64,000 bases of DNA, taken from assembly GCA_035279405.1 (NCBI GenBank), contig DATEHU010000033.1:76231-140230 (forward strand), given 5' to 3'. Shown here in pieces: positions 1 through 10,751 of the stretch (position 1 is the first letter of the stretch; every line of letters starts with the position of its first letter). The DNA comes from Gammaproteobacteria bacterium. Its GTDB lineage: Bacteria > Pseudomonadota > Gammaproteobacteria > Natronospirales > REEB76. A model generated the notes under the pieces. That model saw nothing but the letters and a program-made list of their open reading frames with translations. It had not been told where the DNA came from and searched no databases. The translations under genes were made by a program, and so were the position numbers.

Positions 1-2218
1 CCCACGCAGGTCCATCTGGAATGGCAAAAAGTGAGGCCTTACTCCCGGTCGCCTGCACCCACCATGGCGTGGTTACGCATCCGACGCGGAGGAGATGGAT
101 AACTCTGAACAAGAGCTTGAATTCGTCATCAAAGAGCTCGGCTTTGTGATTCGCAAGAAACTCTGAGGACTTCGGCGAATGTAATAGAGCTACAAGCGTG
201 TCATCGACAAATTGCGGCGTATACCCGGCGCCACGAATAACAGACTCGAAGACCTGGTTGGACGCCCGGTCGCTCGACTCCAGCAGTTCTCCGATCCATT
301 TCCGGTAGGTTCGACGAATTGCCGGGTAGGTGCCAAGGGCGGTCGCTAGCACCTGAAGGGACTCGTGCGAGCTAAGGTACTGTTCTTCGACCCACTGCAA
401 AATCGCCCAGTCCTCAAGAACATCATGCGCCGGTGCAACTAGGATCTGGGAATGTGAAGGTCCGGCGACCAGGGAATCACTGCGTAAATGCTCCAGAACG
501 GCCGGATCTAGATCACCGCACGGAGCGTAGAGCGCCAGTGCTCTCGCTCTTCGTACCGCTATTTCCATGAAGACCTGCTCGCGCTTCCGTGGCATCCCAT
601 TGCCAGTCTGGTGGTCGACCCTGACAATATCTCGCCAGAACCGGTCCCGAAATCCGCGCTCGTCCTGGGGCAGCGCTGAAGTCGATGCCCAATTAATGCG
701 GAGTGCCTTGTCTAAAACGTATGGATTGCGTAGCAACCTACGCAGGGCGGGGTCGGCCATTGGTCTCTTGAGGGCTGGGTATGCTAACTCCACTTCTGTT
801 AGTTCATCGTCGCCAAGCTGCGGAATCGCCATTACAGTGTGTGCTGATGCGCCGAGCAAACCTGTTCTTACCAAGTCCGTCGAGTACTCGCGGCAAGTCA
901 GAACAAGACGCCAACTCTTATCCTTCGCGATAAGTGTGAGGAGGTCGGAGAAACCGTCACGTGTCGATGCCTCAAGCAGGCGCTCAATGCTTTCGACCAA
1001 GAGTACCTTGCTTGTCTGTGACGCCATGGTCGCACCAAGAGCAGCCGCCGACACGTTTACACCAATTGAGCGAAGCGTTGTATCGAGATGTGTGGATTTA
1101 AATTCTTCTGCTCTGAAGCAGAATATAAAGTGCTCTCTCGATAACGTTGCCATTACATCCTTAGTGACAACAGACTTACCGGAACCTGCAGCACCCGAAA
1201 TCAATACGATCTGATTTGCGGTCAACTCGCCCATTACCCGCTGCACAAGGGCAGCTCGCGGTAAGTGCAAATCAGTACCAATGGTCGACCTAATACCATC
1301 CAAGATAACGTTGGAATGATCTCTAAGAGTCGTTAGTAGAGCGTTCTCGGCAGTGCCGATGCCTCCATGGCGAGAGGTAAGAGCCTCTGGCAGATCACCT
1401 AATTTAAAGCTACGTGCAGTAGCCATCCCTTGACTTGCAATAGTCAGAAGTTGATTCCAAGTCGCGCCTGCTGTCGCGACTGGATCCGCATCTTTCGTGG
1501 TATAGGCAAGAAGCGACCTGATGGAAGCTTCTGACTGACTAGTAGAGGTGTGCAGGTCCAAGACCAGAACGTCGATTGCTTTGAGGAAGGCCCAAATCGA
1601 GGATGCTGATCGTGCTTCTCCGACCAATTGTCCTACCAATTGTTGGATTACCTTACAGTAATCTACAGTTTTGTTATTTACAAACCCTGGAATGGCCAAG
1701 CGACGTTCGAAATCGTCGGCAGAAGATGCGGCTTTTGCGCAATCAAGAAGGCCAGTGAAATGCTCGAGCAGGGCATTTGTGCCTCGCAGCGTAGCCAATA
1801 CAAGACGATCGGTGCCCGGTAAAAACAGACTCTTGTTGTTGAAGTCATCCCACCAGTCGGATACTACCTTTTTGAAATCCTCATCTGATACACCGACAGT
1901 TACCTTGCGTTTTACTTGACCGATAAGCTTGTGGCACTTGTGGCTGGAGTCTCGAACTGTGACTAGGAAATCGTCGGTATTCCAGCCTAGGTGCTCAGTC
2001 TGGAGGTCAACCTGTATGACCGTGCTATCGGTGAATATTGGTGGGGTGGCGCTAACTAGAAGCTGCGCAAGCCAGTAAGCATCAACATGTTGCTCAAAGA
2101 ATGTGCCAGCACCGCCGGTTGCTGCCGGGCTAGAGACGGCAACTTGTTGTGAATCATCGGGTGATCCGGCGACGCGTTCCCGTTGCGGCTCAGCCGGTTC
2201 CTCTGACTCGTTGTTCAT
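1..2218 (-). CDS. STAND/NACHT-like P-loop NTPase with an N-terminal PD-(D/E)xK (Cap4/DUF4297-like) nuclease-like domain. Partial: the 3' end runs off the left edge of the window.
   Basis: My own reverse-complement translation starts at the ATG at 2218 (MNNESEEPAEPQRERVAG...). The frame stays open for 739 codons down to base 2 with no stop, so it is absent from the supplied ORF track. Motifs: Walker A GAAGSGKS (nt 1172-1195), Walker-B-like VLLVESIE, LVLTCRE (TSR-like sensor 1), LRNPYVL (NPL-like motif). The N-terminal GTFFEQHV..E74..DD82/83..GQVK103 resembles a PD-(D/E)xK core. Family assignment is from motif recall, not a search. Confidence 0.7.
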   Translation of the reverse strand, partial: MNNESEEPAEPQRERVAGSPDDSQQVAVSSPAATGGAGTFFEQHVDAYWLAQLLVSATPPIFTDSTVIQVDLQTEHLGWNTDDFLVTVRDSSHKCHKLIGQVKRKVTVGVSDEDFKKVVSDWWDDFNNKSLFLPGTDRLVLATLRGTNALLEHFTGLLDCAKAASSADDFERRLAIPGFVNNKTVDYCKVIQQLVGQLVGEARSASSIWAFLKAIDVLVLDLHTSTSQSEASIRSLLAYTTKDADPVATAGATWNQLLTIASQGMATARSFKLGDLPEALTSRHGGIGTAENALLTTLRDHSNVILDGIRSTIGTDLHLPRAALVQRVMGELTANQIVLISGAAGSGKSVVTKDVMATLSREHFIFCFRAEEFKSTHLDTTLRSIGVNVSAAALGATMASQTSKVLLVESIERLLEASTRDGFSDLLTLIAKDKSWRLVLTCREYSTDLVRTGLLGASAHTVMAIPQLGDDELTEVELAYPALKRPMADPALRRLLRNPYVLDKALRINWASTSALPQDERGFRDRFWRDIVRVDHQTGNGMPRKREQVFMEIAVRRARALALYAPCGDLDPAVLEHLRSDSLVAGPSHSQILVAPAHDVLEDWAILQWVEEQYLSSHESLQVLATALGTYPAIRRTYRKWIGELLESSDRASNQVFESVIRGAGYTPQFVDDTLVALLHSPKSSEFLANHKAELFDDEFKLLFRVIHLLRVGCVTTPWWVQATGSKASLFAIPDGPAW

Positions 2219-2419
2219 GCCATCTATCACTTAATTGGCTTAGCGCCGCATCCACTGATCTCAATTATCCCTGTCTGATTTTAAGCTTGGGAATGTCTGA
2301 TCAATTGAGTGAGTTTAGTGGATTGGCGATGCTTAAGGTGGTGAGGGTTTCTTGATTTTAAGCCGTCAAATAGCAATGACCACACAAACATATCAGAATT
2401 TCCCCAGCATGAAACCTTC
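1..2419. other. AT-richer accessory segment (candidate genomic islet) abutting the 3' end of thyA
   Basis: Hand counts of several 60-nt lines give about 47-55% G+C here, against about 62-70% from thyA/lgt onward. The resident gene uses many A/T-ending codons. No tRNA, integrase or direct repeat is visible at the right-hand edge. The left edge lies outside the window. Confidence 0.6.
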
Positions 2420-3214
2420 CTACACCGCTACCGGCGCCTTGATGGCCGGATGCGATTGATAATTGGCGATCTCGAAATCCTCGAAACGGTAATCAAAAAG
2501 CGTGGGCGGTTTGCGCTTGATGACCAGCGTCGGCAGGGGATACGGCTTGCGCGTCAACTGCTCATCCACCTGCTCCAGATGATTGACATACAAATGGCAA
2601 TCGCCGCCGGTCCAGATGAATTCGCCCGGCTGCAGGCCGGTCTGCTGCGCGAGCATGTGGGTGAGCAGCGCGTAGGAACAGATGTTGAACGGCACGCCGA
2701 GGAAAACATCGGCGCTGCGCTGGTAGAGCTGACAGGAAAGCCGGCCGTTCGCCACGTAGAACTGGAAGAATGCGTGGCAAGGCTGCAAAGCCATCTTGTC
2801 GAGGTCCGCCACGTTCCAGGCGCTCACGATCAGGCGGCGTGAATCCGGATTGCTGCGCAACTGCTCCAGGACCTTTGAAATCTGATCAATATGGCGCCCG
2901 TCCGGCGCCGGCCAGGAACGCCATTGATAGCCGTACACCGGGCCGAGATTGCCTTGCTCGTCGGCCCACTCGTCCCAGATACTCACACCGTGCTCGTGCA
3001 AATAGCCAGTATTGGTATCGCCGCGCAGGAACCACAGCAGTTCGCAGATGATGGAGCGAAAATGCAGTTTCTTGGTGGTCACGGCGGGGAAGCCACCGGC
3101 CAAATCGAAGCGCATCTGGTAACCGAATACCGACAGCGTGCCGGTGCCGGTGCGGTCGCTTTTGCGTGCGCCGCGGTCGCGCACGTGACGCATGAGTTCC
3201 AGATACTGCCGCAT
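2420..3214 (-). CDS. thyA: thymidylate synthase
   Basis: 264-aa ORF starting [38 protein letters not shown]. It contains the ThyA active-site context [13 protein letters not shown] and [13 protein letters not shown]. Confidence 0.97.
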   Translation of the reverse strand: MRQYLELMRHVRDRGARKSDRTGTGTLSVFGYQMRFDLAGGFPAVTTKKLHFRSIICELLWFLRGDTNTGYLHEHGVSIWDEWADEQGNLGPVYGYQWRSWPAPDGRHIDQISKVLEQLRSNPDSRRLIVSAWNVADLDKMALQPCHAFFQFYVANGRLSCQLYQRSADVFLGVPFNICSYALLTHMLAQQTGLQPGEFIWTGGDCHLYVNHLEQVDEQLTRKPYPLPTLVIKRKPPTLFDYRFEDFEIANYQSHPAIKAPVAV

Positions 3215-4080
3215 CAGGCGCTCTCTGCAGTCGATTTGCGCCGGTAGGCCAACACCAGCAGCACGATGCCGACCGCGATCAACGGCAGCGATAGAATCTG
3301 GCCCATGGTCATCCAGCCGAACGCCAGATAGCCGAACTGCGGGTCCGGCAGGCGTACGAACTCGACCGCAAAGCGGAAACAGCCATACAGCAGCGCAAAC
3401 AGGCCGGACGCGGCCATGCGCGGGCGCGGTTTCATGGTGAACACGAACAGCACTACGAACATCACCACGCCTTCCAGCAGGAATTCATACAGCTGGGTCG
3501 GCTGGCGCGGCAGGCTGAAGCCGTTGACGGCATCGCGGCAATACTCACCGCCGGTGAATCGCGTGTTGGTGCACGGCAGACGCATGGCCCAGGGCAGCGT
3601 CGTGGAAATCTTGCCCCACAATTCGCCGTTGATGAAATTGCCGATACGGCCGGCCGCCAGCCCAATGGGCACCACCACCGCGGAAAAATCCACCACGTCG
3701 AAGTAGTGCTTGTGATACTTGCGCGCAAGCAGCGCGACCGCAACCAGCACGCCGAGCAGGCCGCCGTGGAACGACATGCCTCCGTCCCAGACCTGGAAGA
3801 TGTACAGCGGATTCTGCCATTCCAGCCACTGACCCTCCGGCGTGTAGGCGTAGAACAGCGTGTAGCCGATGCGCCCGCCGATGACCACGCCGAGCGCCAC
3901 GTAAAACAGCAGATCGCCCACCTGCTCCGCGGTCCAGCCGCTGGCGTAGCGGCGCGACACCCGCAGGCGCGCGGCCAGGTAACAACCCAGGAAGCCGATG
4001 AGGTAGGTAATGCCGTACCAGTGCACCTTGAGCGGGCCGAGGCTGAAAGCGACCGGATCGAAATCGGGATAGGTGAGCAT
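3214..4080 (-). CDS. lgt: prolipoprotein diacylglyceryl transferase
   Basis: 288 aa starting [30 protein letters not shown], multi-pass membrane protein. The last base of its TGA stop (3214-3216) is shared with the thyA ATG. The lgt-thyA pairing is classical. Confidence 0.95.
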   Translation of the reverse strand: MLTYPDFDPVAFSLGPLKVHWYGITYLIGFLGCYLAARLRVSRRYASGWTAEQVGDLLFYVALGVVIGGRIGYTLFYAYTPEGQWLEWQNPLYIFQVWDGGMSFHGGLLGVLVAVALLARKYHKHYFDVVDFSAVVVPIGLAAGRIGNFINGELWGKISTTLPWAMRLPCTNTRFTGGEYCRDAVNGFSLPRQPTQLYEFLLEGVVMFVVLFVFTMKPRPRMAASGLFALLYGCFRFAVEFVRLPDPQFGYLAFGWMTMGQILSLPLIAVGIVLLVLAYRRKSTAESA

Positions 4081-4171
4081 GGGTGGCTATTTTAAGCGAC
4101 AAGCTGTGAATTTCCGCGCGATCCACGCGACGAATCTGCTCGCATGATCATCCCTGTGCTCCCGGTCGCCG

Positions 4172-5362
4172 CTAGTGCGGCTCACTCAGGACACGCACGA
4201 AAAACGCCTTGAGGTACGCGGTTTCGAGAATCGCCGGATGCACCGGATGATCCGCGGCCTGTGCGCCGCGCTCCAGCAGCTGCGCTTCGCGGTTCAGATG
4301 GCGGGCGGCAGACTGAATCGCCGCCACCAGTTCGTCCGCCGGCAGATGATGGGAACATGAGCAGGAGATCAGCAGGCCGTCGTGCGCCAGCAACTGCATG
4401 CCCAGCTGATTCAGGCGCCGGTAGGCATCGCGGCCGGCTGCCAGATCCTTCCTGCGCTTGACGAAAGCCGGCGGGTCGAGAATCACCACGTCGAATTTCT
4501 CGCCGGCCGCATGCAGGGCGCGCAGGCCGTCGAAGGCATCCGCCTTGTGCACGCCGACGCGCACAGAGTTGAGCGCGGCATTGTGCTCCGCCAGCGCCAG
4601 CGCGCCGGCCGAGCTGTCCATGCACAGTGCCTCGCGCGCTCCCCACGCCAGCGCCTGAATTCCCCACGCGCCCACGTAGCTGAACACGTCCAGCACGCGC
4701 CGGCCGGAGACGTATCGCGCCAGCCGGCCGCGATTGTCGTGCTGGTCGAAGAACCAGCCGGTTTTTTGGCCACCCGCGAGCACTATCTCGAATTTCCGCC
4801 CGTGCTCCTCGACGATCACCCGTTCAGGCACCTCGCCATACGCGGTGTCGGTATACAGCGGCAGGCCTTCCAGCTCACGGATGCTCACGTCGTTGCGCCA
4901 CAGAATCCCGGCCGGTTTAAGTACCGTGGCGAGCGCCGCCACAATGTCATCTTTCATCCGCTCCATGCCGGCGGTGGTGATCTGCGCCACCAGCACCTCG
5001 CCATAACGGTCCACCACCAGACCCGGCAAGCCGTCGGATTCACCGAACACCAGCCGGTAAAACGGCCGCGGATACAGCTGCGCGCGCAGCGCCAGCGCAA
5101 GGTTCAGGCGCTGCACCAGCCATGCGCTGTCCGGCGGATGGCGCTCGTCCCGCGACAGGATGCGCGCACAGATGAGCGAATTGGGATTGACATAGCCGCT
5201 GCCGAGAAAACGGCCGCCGTGGTCGCGTATTTCCACCGCATCGCCGGGGCCGAACGCCGTGAGCGGTGTGCGCGCGGTGTCCACTTCGTTGCTGAACACC
5301 CACAGGTGACCGGTCCGCAGGCGCCGGTGTGCATTCTTTTTCAATATCAGCGACGGCAGCAT
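4172..5362 (-). CDS. rlmI: class I SAM-dependent rRNA (cytosine-C5) methyltransferase, RlmI-like (PUA + MTase)
   Basis: 396 aa. N-terminus [22 protein letters not shown], then [25 protein letters not shown], and VILDPPAF (SAM-MTase motif IV). Confidence 0.8.
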   Translation of the reverse strand: MLPSLILKKNAHRRLRTGHLWVFSNEVDTARTPLTAFGPGDAVEIRDHGGRFLGSGYVNPNSLICARILSRDERHPPDSAWLVQRLNLALALRAQLYPRPFYRLVFGESDGLPGLVVDRYGEVLVAQITTAGMERMKDDIVAALATVLKPAGILWRNDVSIRELEGLPLYTDTAYGEVPERVIVEEHGRKFEIVLAGGQKTGWFFDQHDNRGRLARYVSGRRVLDVFSYVGAWGIQALAWGAREALCMDSSAGALALAEHNAALNSVRVGVHKADAFDGLRALHAAGEKFDVVILDPPAFVKRRKDLAAGRDAYRRLNQLGMQLLAHDGLLISCSCSHHLPADELVAAIQSAARHLNREAQLLERGAQAADHPVHPAILETAYLKAFFVRVLSEPH

Positions 5363-5391
5363 ATTTTTATCCCCTTATTCGCTCGCGGTCC

Positions 5392-5613
5392 GGGGGACTT
5401 GAAATCCCCCCTCTTTCGCACTTCGCAATCGTGCTTCGTGCGAAAGTCCAGGGCAGCCCTGAGCACTCTGCCATCCTGCGTCGTGTTCAGGTCCAGGGAG
5501 ACCCATCCCTGGTCTCCCGCACATCGCTTCGCGATGTGCCCATGGCTGCCCGCTCGGGGCTTCGCCCCTTGCCCCCTTTGAAAAGGGGGACGCGCTTCGC
5601 GCGGGGGGATTTG
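5392..5613. repeat. MITE/REP-like element bounded by AAATCCCCCC ... GGGGGGATTTG inverted termini (copy A)
   Basis: gggggacttgaaatcccccc lies at 5392-5411 and ggggggattt at 5603-5612. The internal palindrome ccccctttgaaaaggggg is at 5572-5589. The 3' part is about 80% identical by eye to 49101-49160. The ORF-track extension of the next gene (5329-5685) merely translates this element. Confidence 0.7.
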
Positions 5614-5685
5614 TACTGTGTGTCAATTTTGTTGAGTGCTCCAAGGGCTTATAGTGTTCCGCATTGTATCAACGCGATCAATTCC

Positions 5686-7737
5686 ATGAGCAATCCAGCA
5701 CACGCCAACCGGTTGGCTGGTGAAACCAGTCCGTATCTTTTGCAACACGCCCACAACCCCGTGGACTGGCACGCGTGGAACGCGGACGCCCTGGCTCTGG
5801 CGCGCACGCAAAACAAACCGATCCTGCTCTCCATCGGCTACTCCGCCTGCCACTGGTGTCACGTGATGGCGCACGAATCCTTCGAGGATGCCGACACCGC
5901 CGCGCTCATGAACCGGCTGTTCGTCAACATCAAGGTGGACCGCGAGGAACGCCCGGACCTGGACCGCGTATATCAGCTCGCGCACCAGGTGCTTGTGCAG
6001 CGCGGCGGCGGCTGGCCATTGACGGTGTTCCTCACGCCCGATGACCTTACGCCGTTCTTCGCCGGCACCTATTTCCCGCGCGAACCGCGCTACGGCATGC
6101 CCGGTTTCAGGGAAGTATTGGAGCGCGTCGCACAGTTTTACCGCGAGCATCGCGACGAGCTGCGGCAACAAAACGCCGCGCTCCGCGACGCAATCCAGCG
6201 CAGCGCCGGCGAAACCGCCACTTCCGCCGGGGAATTGACGCGCGCTCCGCTGGAAGCGGCTTACCGCTCGCTCACGGAAAGCTTCGATGCGCGCTTCGGC
6301 GGCTTCGGGCGTGCGCCCAAGTTCCCGCATGCGCCAAGCCTGGAATTCCTGCTGTGGCACGCCGCCGATGCGGACTCCGACGCGCAGAGCGCAAACCGCA
6401 GCCGGACCATGGTGGAAACCACGCTCACGCGCATGGCCCAGGGCGGCCTCTACGACCAGTTGGGCGGCGGCTTCTGCCGCTACTCAACCGATGCAGCCTG
6501 GATGATCCCGCACTTCGAAAAGATGCTTTACGACAACGGGCCGCTGCTCGCCCTGTATGCACAAACCGCAAAATTCACCGGTAGCAGCTTCTATGCGGAC
6601 ATCGCCAAGCAGACGGCCGCATGGGTCATGGCCGAGATGCAGTCGCCGCAGGGCGGCTACTATTCCAGCCTGGACGCGGATTCCGAAGGCCACGAAGGCA
6701 AGTATTACATCTGGGACAAAGAGGAGGTCCGCGCACTGCTGAGCCCAGAAGAATTCGCCGCGTTTGCACCGCGCTATGGACTGGACCAACCGCCGAATTT
6801 TGAGGGCCATTGGCATCTGTACGTGCCACAGATAGCTACCCCCTCTCCCCCATCGGTGAGAGCGAAGGATCAGGCGGTGTTGGAATCCACGCGGCGGAAA
6901 TTGCTGGAAGCGCGGCGCAAGCGCGTACGCCCCGGCCTCGACGACAAGGTGCTTACCGCCTGGAACGGCCTGATGATCCGCGGCATGGCACTGGCCGGCC
7001 GTCTGCTCGACGAGCCGCGATTTGTCGAATCCGCAGAGCGCGCCGCCCGTTTCGTGCGCGGGCATCTTTGCCGTGACGGCCAACTGCTGGCTTCCTGGCG
7101 CGATGGTCAGGCCAGGCTGCCGGCCTATCTGGACGATTACGCCTTGCTGCTGGATGGCGTGCTGGAACTTCTGCAAGCCCGCTGGGACAGCGAATTGTTC
7201 GGCTTTGCCCGCCAGTTAGCCGATGGCCTGCTGGTACGCTTCGAAGACAAAGAACACGGAGGCTTCTGGTTCACGGCCAACGATCAGGACATCCCGCTGT
7301 ATCGTCCCAAGACCTTCAGCGATGAATCGCTGCCCGCCGGCAACGCGGTGGCCGCCCGCGTTCTGCTGCGGCTCGGTCATGTGTGTGCAGAGCCACGCTA
7401 TCTCGACGCGGCCGAACGCACGGTCAAAGCCGCGCTACCGTCGGTAAACCGTTATCCCGAAGCTCACGCCAGCATGCTGCTGGCGCTCCAAGACGCCCTC
7501 GAACCGCCGACTATGGTCGTAGTGCGGGGCAAGGCAGACAAGCTGCACGCGTGGCAAAAGCAGCTGGACCGGAAATTCGATCCGCGACGGATTGTGCTGG
7601 CAATTCCCAGCGATGCTGAGAATCTGATGGGCTTGCTGGCGCAATGTGCGCCACGCGGAGATGCCTGTGCTTATGTATGCCGTGGTACACAGTGCTCATT
7701 GCCCATCGAGACCCTAGAAGAACTCGCATCGCTCTAA
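5686..7737 (+). CDS. thioredoxin-domain protein of the YyaL/DUF255 type (N-terminal thioredoxin-like domain plus (alpha/alpha)6 domain)
   Basis: I moved the start to the ATG at 5686 ([36 protein letters not shown]...). The protein has [20 protein letters not shown]. The 119 upstream codons in the track ORF lie inside a repeat. Confidence 0.85.
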   Translation: MSNPAHANRLAGETSPYLLQHAHNPVDWHAWNADALALARTQNKPILLSIGYSACHWCHVMAHESFEDADTAALMNRLFVNIKVDREERPDLDRVYQLAHQVLVQRGGGWPLTVFLTPDDLTPFFAGTYFPREPRYGMPGFREVLERVAQFYREHRDELRQQNAALRDAIQRSAGETATSAGELTRAPLEAAYRSLTESFDARFGGFGRAPKFPHAPSLEFLLWHAADADSDAQSANRSRTMVETTLTRMAQGGLYDQLGGGFCRYSTDAAWMIPHFEKMLYDNGPLLALYAQTAKFTGSSFYADIAKQTAAWVMAEMQSPQGGYYSSLDADSEGHEGKYYIWDKEEVRALLSPEEFAAFAPRYGLDQPPNFEGHWHLYVPQIATPSPPSVRAKDQAVLESTRRKLLEARRKRVRPGLDDKVLTAWNGLMIRGMALAGRLLDEPRFVESAERAARFVRGHLCRDGQLLASWRDGQARLPAYLDDYALLLDGVLELLQARWDSELFGFARQLADGLLVRFEDKEHGGFWFTANDQDIPLYRPKTFSDESLPAGNAVAARVLLRLGHVCAEPRYLDAAERTVKAALPSVNRYPEAHASMLLALQDALEPPTMVVVRGKADKLHAWQKQLDRKFDPRRIVLAIPSDAENLMGLLAQCAPRGDACAYVCRGTQCSLPIETLEELASL

Positions 7738-7772
7738 GACGCACTGGGCGGATAGCCGCGCGCTACGCTGAG

Positions 7773-8315
7773 TTACGCGTCGTCATCCGGTCGCGGCGAC
7801 GGACCCAGCAACTTGCGATAAATCGCGGCGTTTTCGGCATCGAAGCAGCAGGCCACGATGCTGCGGAATTTCCCGTCGCAGTCGTGCATGACCTTGAGCG
7901 CGATACGCGCAGCCTCCGGCTTCGGATAGCGGTACACTCCGGTGCTGATGCACGGAAAGGCAATGCTGCGGGCTTTGGCGTCCATCGCCAGCATGCAGGC
8001 GCTGCGGTAACAGCTCTCCAGCAACTGCGGCTCGCCGTATGCACCGTCGCGCCACACCGGGCCGACGGCATGGATCACCCACTTGGCTTTGAGGCGAAAT
8101 CCCGGCGTGATGCGCGCTTCGCCGGTTGGACAGCCACCGAGCTTGCGGCAGGCTTCCAGCAGTTCCGGGCCGGCAGCGCGATGGATGGCGCCGTCCACGC
8201 CGCCGCCGCCGAGCAGCGTGGTGTTGGCGGCGTTCACGACCGCCTCCACGTCGAGGTCGGTAATGTCGTACTGGATGACCTTGATCACGGACGATGCTTC
8301 GGCACCCAGGCCCAC
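7773..8315 (-). CDS. ymdB: macro-domain protein, O-acetyl-ADP-ribose deacetylase-like
   Basis: [43 protein letters not shown] is the macro-domain signature. An in-frame GTG at 8288 overlaps the upstream stop (GTGA) and may be the real start. Confidence 0.85.
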   Translation of the reverse strand: MGLGAEASSVIKVIQYDITDLDVEAVVNAANTTLLGGGGVDGAIHRAAGPELLEACRKLGGCPTGEARITPGFRLKAKWVIHAVGPVWRDGAYGEPQLLESCYRSACMLAMDAKARSIAFPCISTGVYRYPKPEAARIALKVMHDCDGKFRSIVACCFDAENAAIYRKLLGPSPRPDDDA

Positions 8316-8815
8316 AGCATGCGGCAGCGCATGGGTTCCACTCCGCTCTGGTCTGTGACTTTGACGGGCACCACGATTTCGCCTTTCTCCTCGGCGCGCA
8401 CGCGCGTGCGCGCACCGGCCTCCAACGTCGCCTCGGCCAGCAGGTCGCCCTGGGCGCGCTTGAGATATTCGAGCTGCATGCTCTTCAGCAGCGGCACGCG
8501 GTCTTCCGGCAGGTTCATGGTAAGCAGCGTGCCGCTGGCGGTCTCCGCGAGCAAGGCCACGGCCGCGGCGTGCACCGAGCCGATGTGGTTTCGCACACGT
8601 CTGCGATTGCGCAAAAAGAGCAGTGCGCGTTCCTCGCCGAGTTCCAGGAACTGCAGGCGTGCGGTGTGCATGAAGGGGACGTTTTTGCCGAAGGCCCAGG
8701 TAAGTACCCGCCAGCGCAGCGAGGGCCGCAGCTTGCCAAGCTTGTGCACGGTGCGGTTGAGTTGGCTGGGAATGGGATTGTCCATGGCTGCTGCTGGCGC
8801 GCGCTGCGTATTCAA
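8285..8815 (-). CDS. hotdog-fold protein (DUF4442/PaaI-like thioesterase fold)
   Basis: 176 aa. The segment ...[23 protein letters not shown]... is typical of PaaI/DUF4442 hotdog proteins. The assignment is from recall only. Confidence 0.55.
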   Translation of the reverse strand: MNTQRAPAAAMDNPIPSQLNRTVHKLGKLRPSLRWRVLTWAFGKNVPFMHTARLQFLELGEERALLFLRNRRRVRNHIGSVHAAAVALLAETASGTLLTMNLPEDRVPLLKSMQLEYLKRAQGDLLAEATLEAGARTRVRAEEKGEIVVPVKVTDQSGVEPMRCRMLWAWVPKHRP

Positions 8816-8831
8816 GTCCCCCTCATCCCGG

Positions 8832-8856
8832 CTTCTCCCCCTTGAAGGGGGAGAAG
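8832..8856. repeat. perfect 10-bp stem hairpin (cttctccccc-ttgaa-gggggagaag), related to the CCCCC-TTT-GAAA-GGGGG repeat family
   Basis: Read directly. It sits between the sspB stop (8874) and the start of the next minus-strand gene (8815). No U-tract follows it on the minus strand. Confidence 0.7.
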
Positions 8857-8873
8857 GGACAAGGAAACGAAAT

Positions 8874-9284
8874 TCATTTTACGACCTTGAGGCTGGGCTT
8901 TTTGCCAGCGGCAGGTTTGCGTGACTTGTCACTCCCGACCGGCGCGGGAGCGCCGGGCTTCGGTTCCTCTTCCGGTCCGAACACGATGCCCTGACCGGTT
9001 TCCTGCGCGTAAATGGCGAGCACGGCGTCCAGTGGCACGCTCACGTGGCGCGACACGCCGCCGAAGCGCGTCTCGAATTCCAGCTGCTGGTTATTCCCCA
9101 GATCCAGTCCGCGCGTTGCCGTATGGCTCAGGTTGAGCACCAGCTTGCCGTCCTGCGCGTACCCTGCGGGGGCCTGTACGCCCACGACACCCGTATCCAC
9201 GACGATATGCGGCGTGTGGCCGCTGTCCACGATCCATTGATGCATGGCGCGCAACAGATAGGGCTTGCGGGAAAGCATGGGCAA
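8874..9284 (-). CDS. sspB: ClpXP adaptor, stringent starvation protein B
   Basis: The ORF starts MPMLSRKPYLLRAMHQWIVDSGHTPHIVVD. The C-terminal ...PSLKVVK matches the ClpX-binding tail (E. coli ...LRVVK). It lies downstream of sspA. Confidence 0.9.
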   Translation of the reverse strand: MPMLSRKPYLLRAMHQWIVDSGHTPHIVVDTGVVGVQAPAGYAQDGKLVLNLSHTATRGLDLGNNQQLEFETRFGGVSRHVSVPLDAVLAIYAQETGQGIVFGPEEEPKPGAPAPVGSDKSRKPAAGKKPSLKVVK

Positions 9285-9323
9285 CGCCGGTGTGTGCGCC
9301 GAATCGGGCCCGCTCGGCGCCGT

Positions 9324-9983
9324 TCAGATGTCGTCGCGCATTTCGCGCTCGGCTTCGGTAAGGCTGGATTTGAACGCCGGGCGGTGAAACAGGCGCTCGG
9401 CGTATTTTTGCAGCGCCTTGGCCTGGGCAGGAATGTCGATCTCATAGCGCGGCAAGCGCCACAGGATCGGCGCCAGGCTGCAATCCACCAGCGAGAACTC
9501 GTCGCTCAGAAAGAACGGTTTGACGGCAAACGCATCGGTAGCCGCGAGCAAGCCCTCGCGCAACAGCTTGCGCGCGCGCAAGTGCGGCTTGCCGGGGGAA
9601 CGCTCGATGTCGTCCACCAGCGCATACCAGTCGCGCTCGATGCGATACAGCGCCAGGCGGAAGCGCGCGCGCGCCACCGGGTCCACGGGCATCAGCGGCG
9701 GGTGCGGGAAGCGCTCGTCCAGATATTCCATGATGATGCGCGGCTCGTAGAGCGCCAGTTCACGGTCCACGAGCGTGGGCACGCTGTTGTAGGGATTGAG
9801 TTCCAGCAGATCCTCGGGCAGCTTGCTGCCCTCGATGTTGACGATGTCCATGGCAATGCCTTTTTCCGCCAGCACCAGGCGTACGCGGTGGCAATGCGGA
9901 TCCGTGGCTCGCGAATACAAGGTCATGGCAGTAGGGGTGTGTGCAGGAACCTGCTCGTCCGAATGCGCTTGTGGGCGTGTCAT
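9324..9983 (-). CDS. sspA: stringent starvation protein A (GST-like)
   Basis: MTLYSRATDPHCHRVRLVLAEKGIAMDIVNIE...LNPYNSVPTLVDRELALYEPRIIMEYLDERFPHPPLMP. The likely true start is the internal ATG at 9926 (MTLYS). Confidence 0.9.
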   Translation of the reverse strand: MTRPQAHSDEQVPAHTPTAMTLYSRATDPHCHRVRLVLAEKGIAMDIVNIEGSKLPEDLLELNPYNSVPTLVDRELALYEPRIIMEYLDERFPHPPLMPVDPVARARFRLALYRIERDWYALVDDIERSPGKPHLRARKLLREGLLAATDAFAVKPFFLSDEFSLVDCSLAPILWRLPRYEIDIPAQAKALQKYAERLFHRPAFKSSLTEAEREMRDDI

Positions 9984-10007
9984 GTCAGGAGTCCGGGTGC
10001 TGGCGTA

Positions 10008-10751
10008 TCAATGTACTTTTTTCCAGATCTCGCGCTTGAGCAGATACGCAATGATGAAAAACACCACCAGGAATCCGATGACCCGCAGGCCGAGCGTGAG
10101 ACTGGTGAGCTTGACGGGATCGCCCATGTAGGCAAGGAAACTGGTGATGTCGCGGGCGGCCTTGTCGAACTCGGCCGGCGTCATTTTGCCGGGCGTGACC
10201 TGTTCGAAATGGTCAAACACCTGATAGCTGCTGCCGTCGGGGTTCTTGACCGTGGTGAATACCGCGCGTTGCGTACCCTGCAGCTCCCACAGCACGTCCG
10301 GCATGGCGACGTGTGGAAATACCGTGTTGTTGACCCCGGTCGCGCTCTTGGGATCCAGATAGAAGGATTTCAGGTAAGTGTAAATCCAGTCGTCACCGCG
10401 GATGCGTGATTCCAGCGACAGGTCCGGCGGCGCCACGCCAAACCACTTGATCGCATCCGCCTGCGGCATGGCGCTGACCATGGTATCGGTGGCCTTGCCG
10501 CCGCCGAACATCAGATAGCTTTCGAGTTGCGGGTCGCTGAGGCCCAGATCCTGGCCGACGCGGTTATAGCGCACGTATTGGGCCGAGTGACAACCCATGC
10601 AGTAGTTCACGAAGAACTTCGCGCCGCGCTGCAAGGACGCGGTGTTGCTCACGTCCACGTTGGCGGCCTGCAGCTTCACGCCTTCGTCCTGGGCGCGGAC
10701 CGCCAGCGGCAGCAGCGCCAACAGCAGTGCGCATACGATGATGTTCTTCAT
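10008..10751 (-). CDS. petC: cytochrome c1 subunit of ubiquinol-cytochrome c reductase
   Basis: I moved the start to the ATG at 10751 (MKNIIVCALLLALLPLAVRA signal peptide). It has the haem motif CMGCHS and a C-terminal membrane anchor. There is an ATGA overlap with the petB stop. The track ORF 10008-11300 is an upstream extension into petB. Confidence 0.9.
   Translation of the reverse strand: MKNIIVCALLLALLPLAVRAQDEGVKLQAANVDVSNTASLQRGAKFFVNYCMGCHSAQYVRYNRVGQDLGLSDPQLESYLMFGGGKATDTMVSAMPQADAIKWFGVAPPDLSLESRIRGDDWIYTYLKSFYLDPKSATGVNNTVFPHVAMPDVLWELQGTQRAVFTTVKNPDGSSYQVFDHFEQVTPGKMTPAEFDKAARDITSFLAYMGDPVKLTSLTLGLRVIGFLVVFFIIAYLLKREIWKKVH

Noticed and set aside
567-2355. Plus-strand ORFs from the track inside the first islet (567-1214, 1628-1822, 1671-1919, 2149-2355)
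   Set aside because: Their translations are Ser/Arg/Cys-rich and motif-free. All overlap a single 739-codon minus-strand frame with clear P-loop NTPase motifs, so they are antisense shadows.
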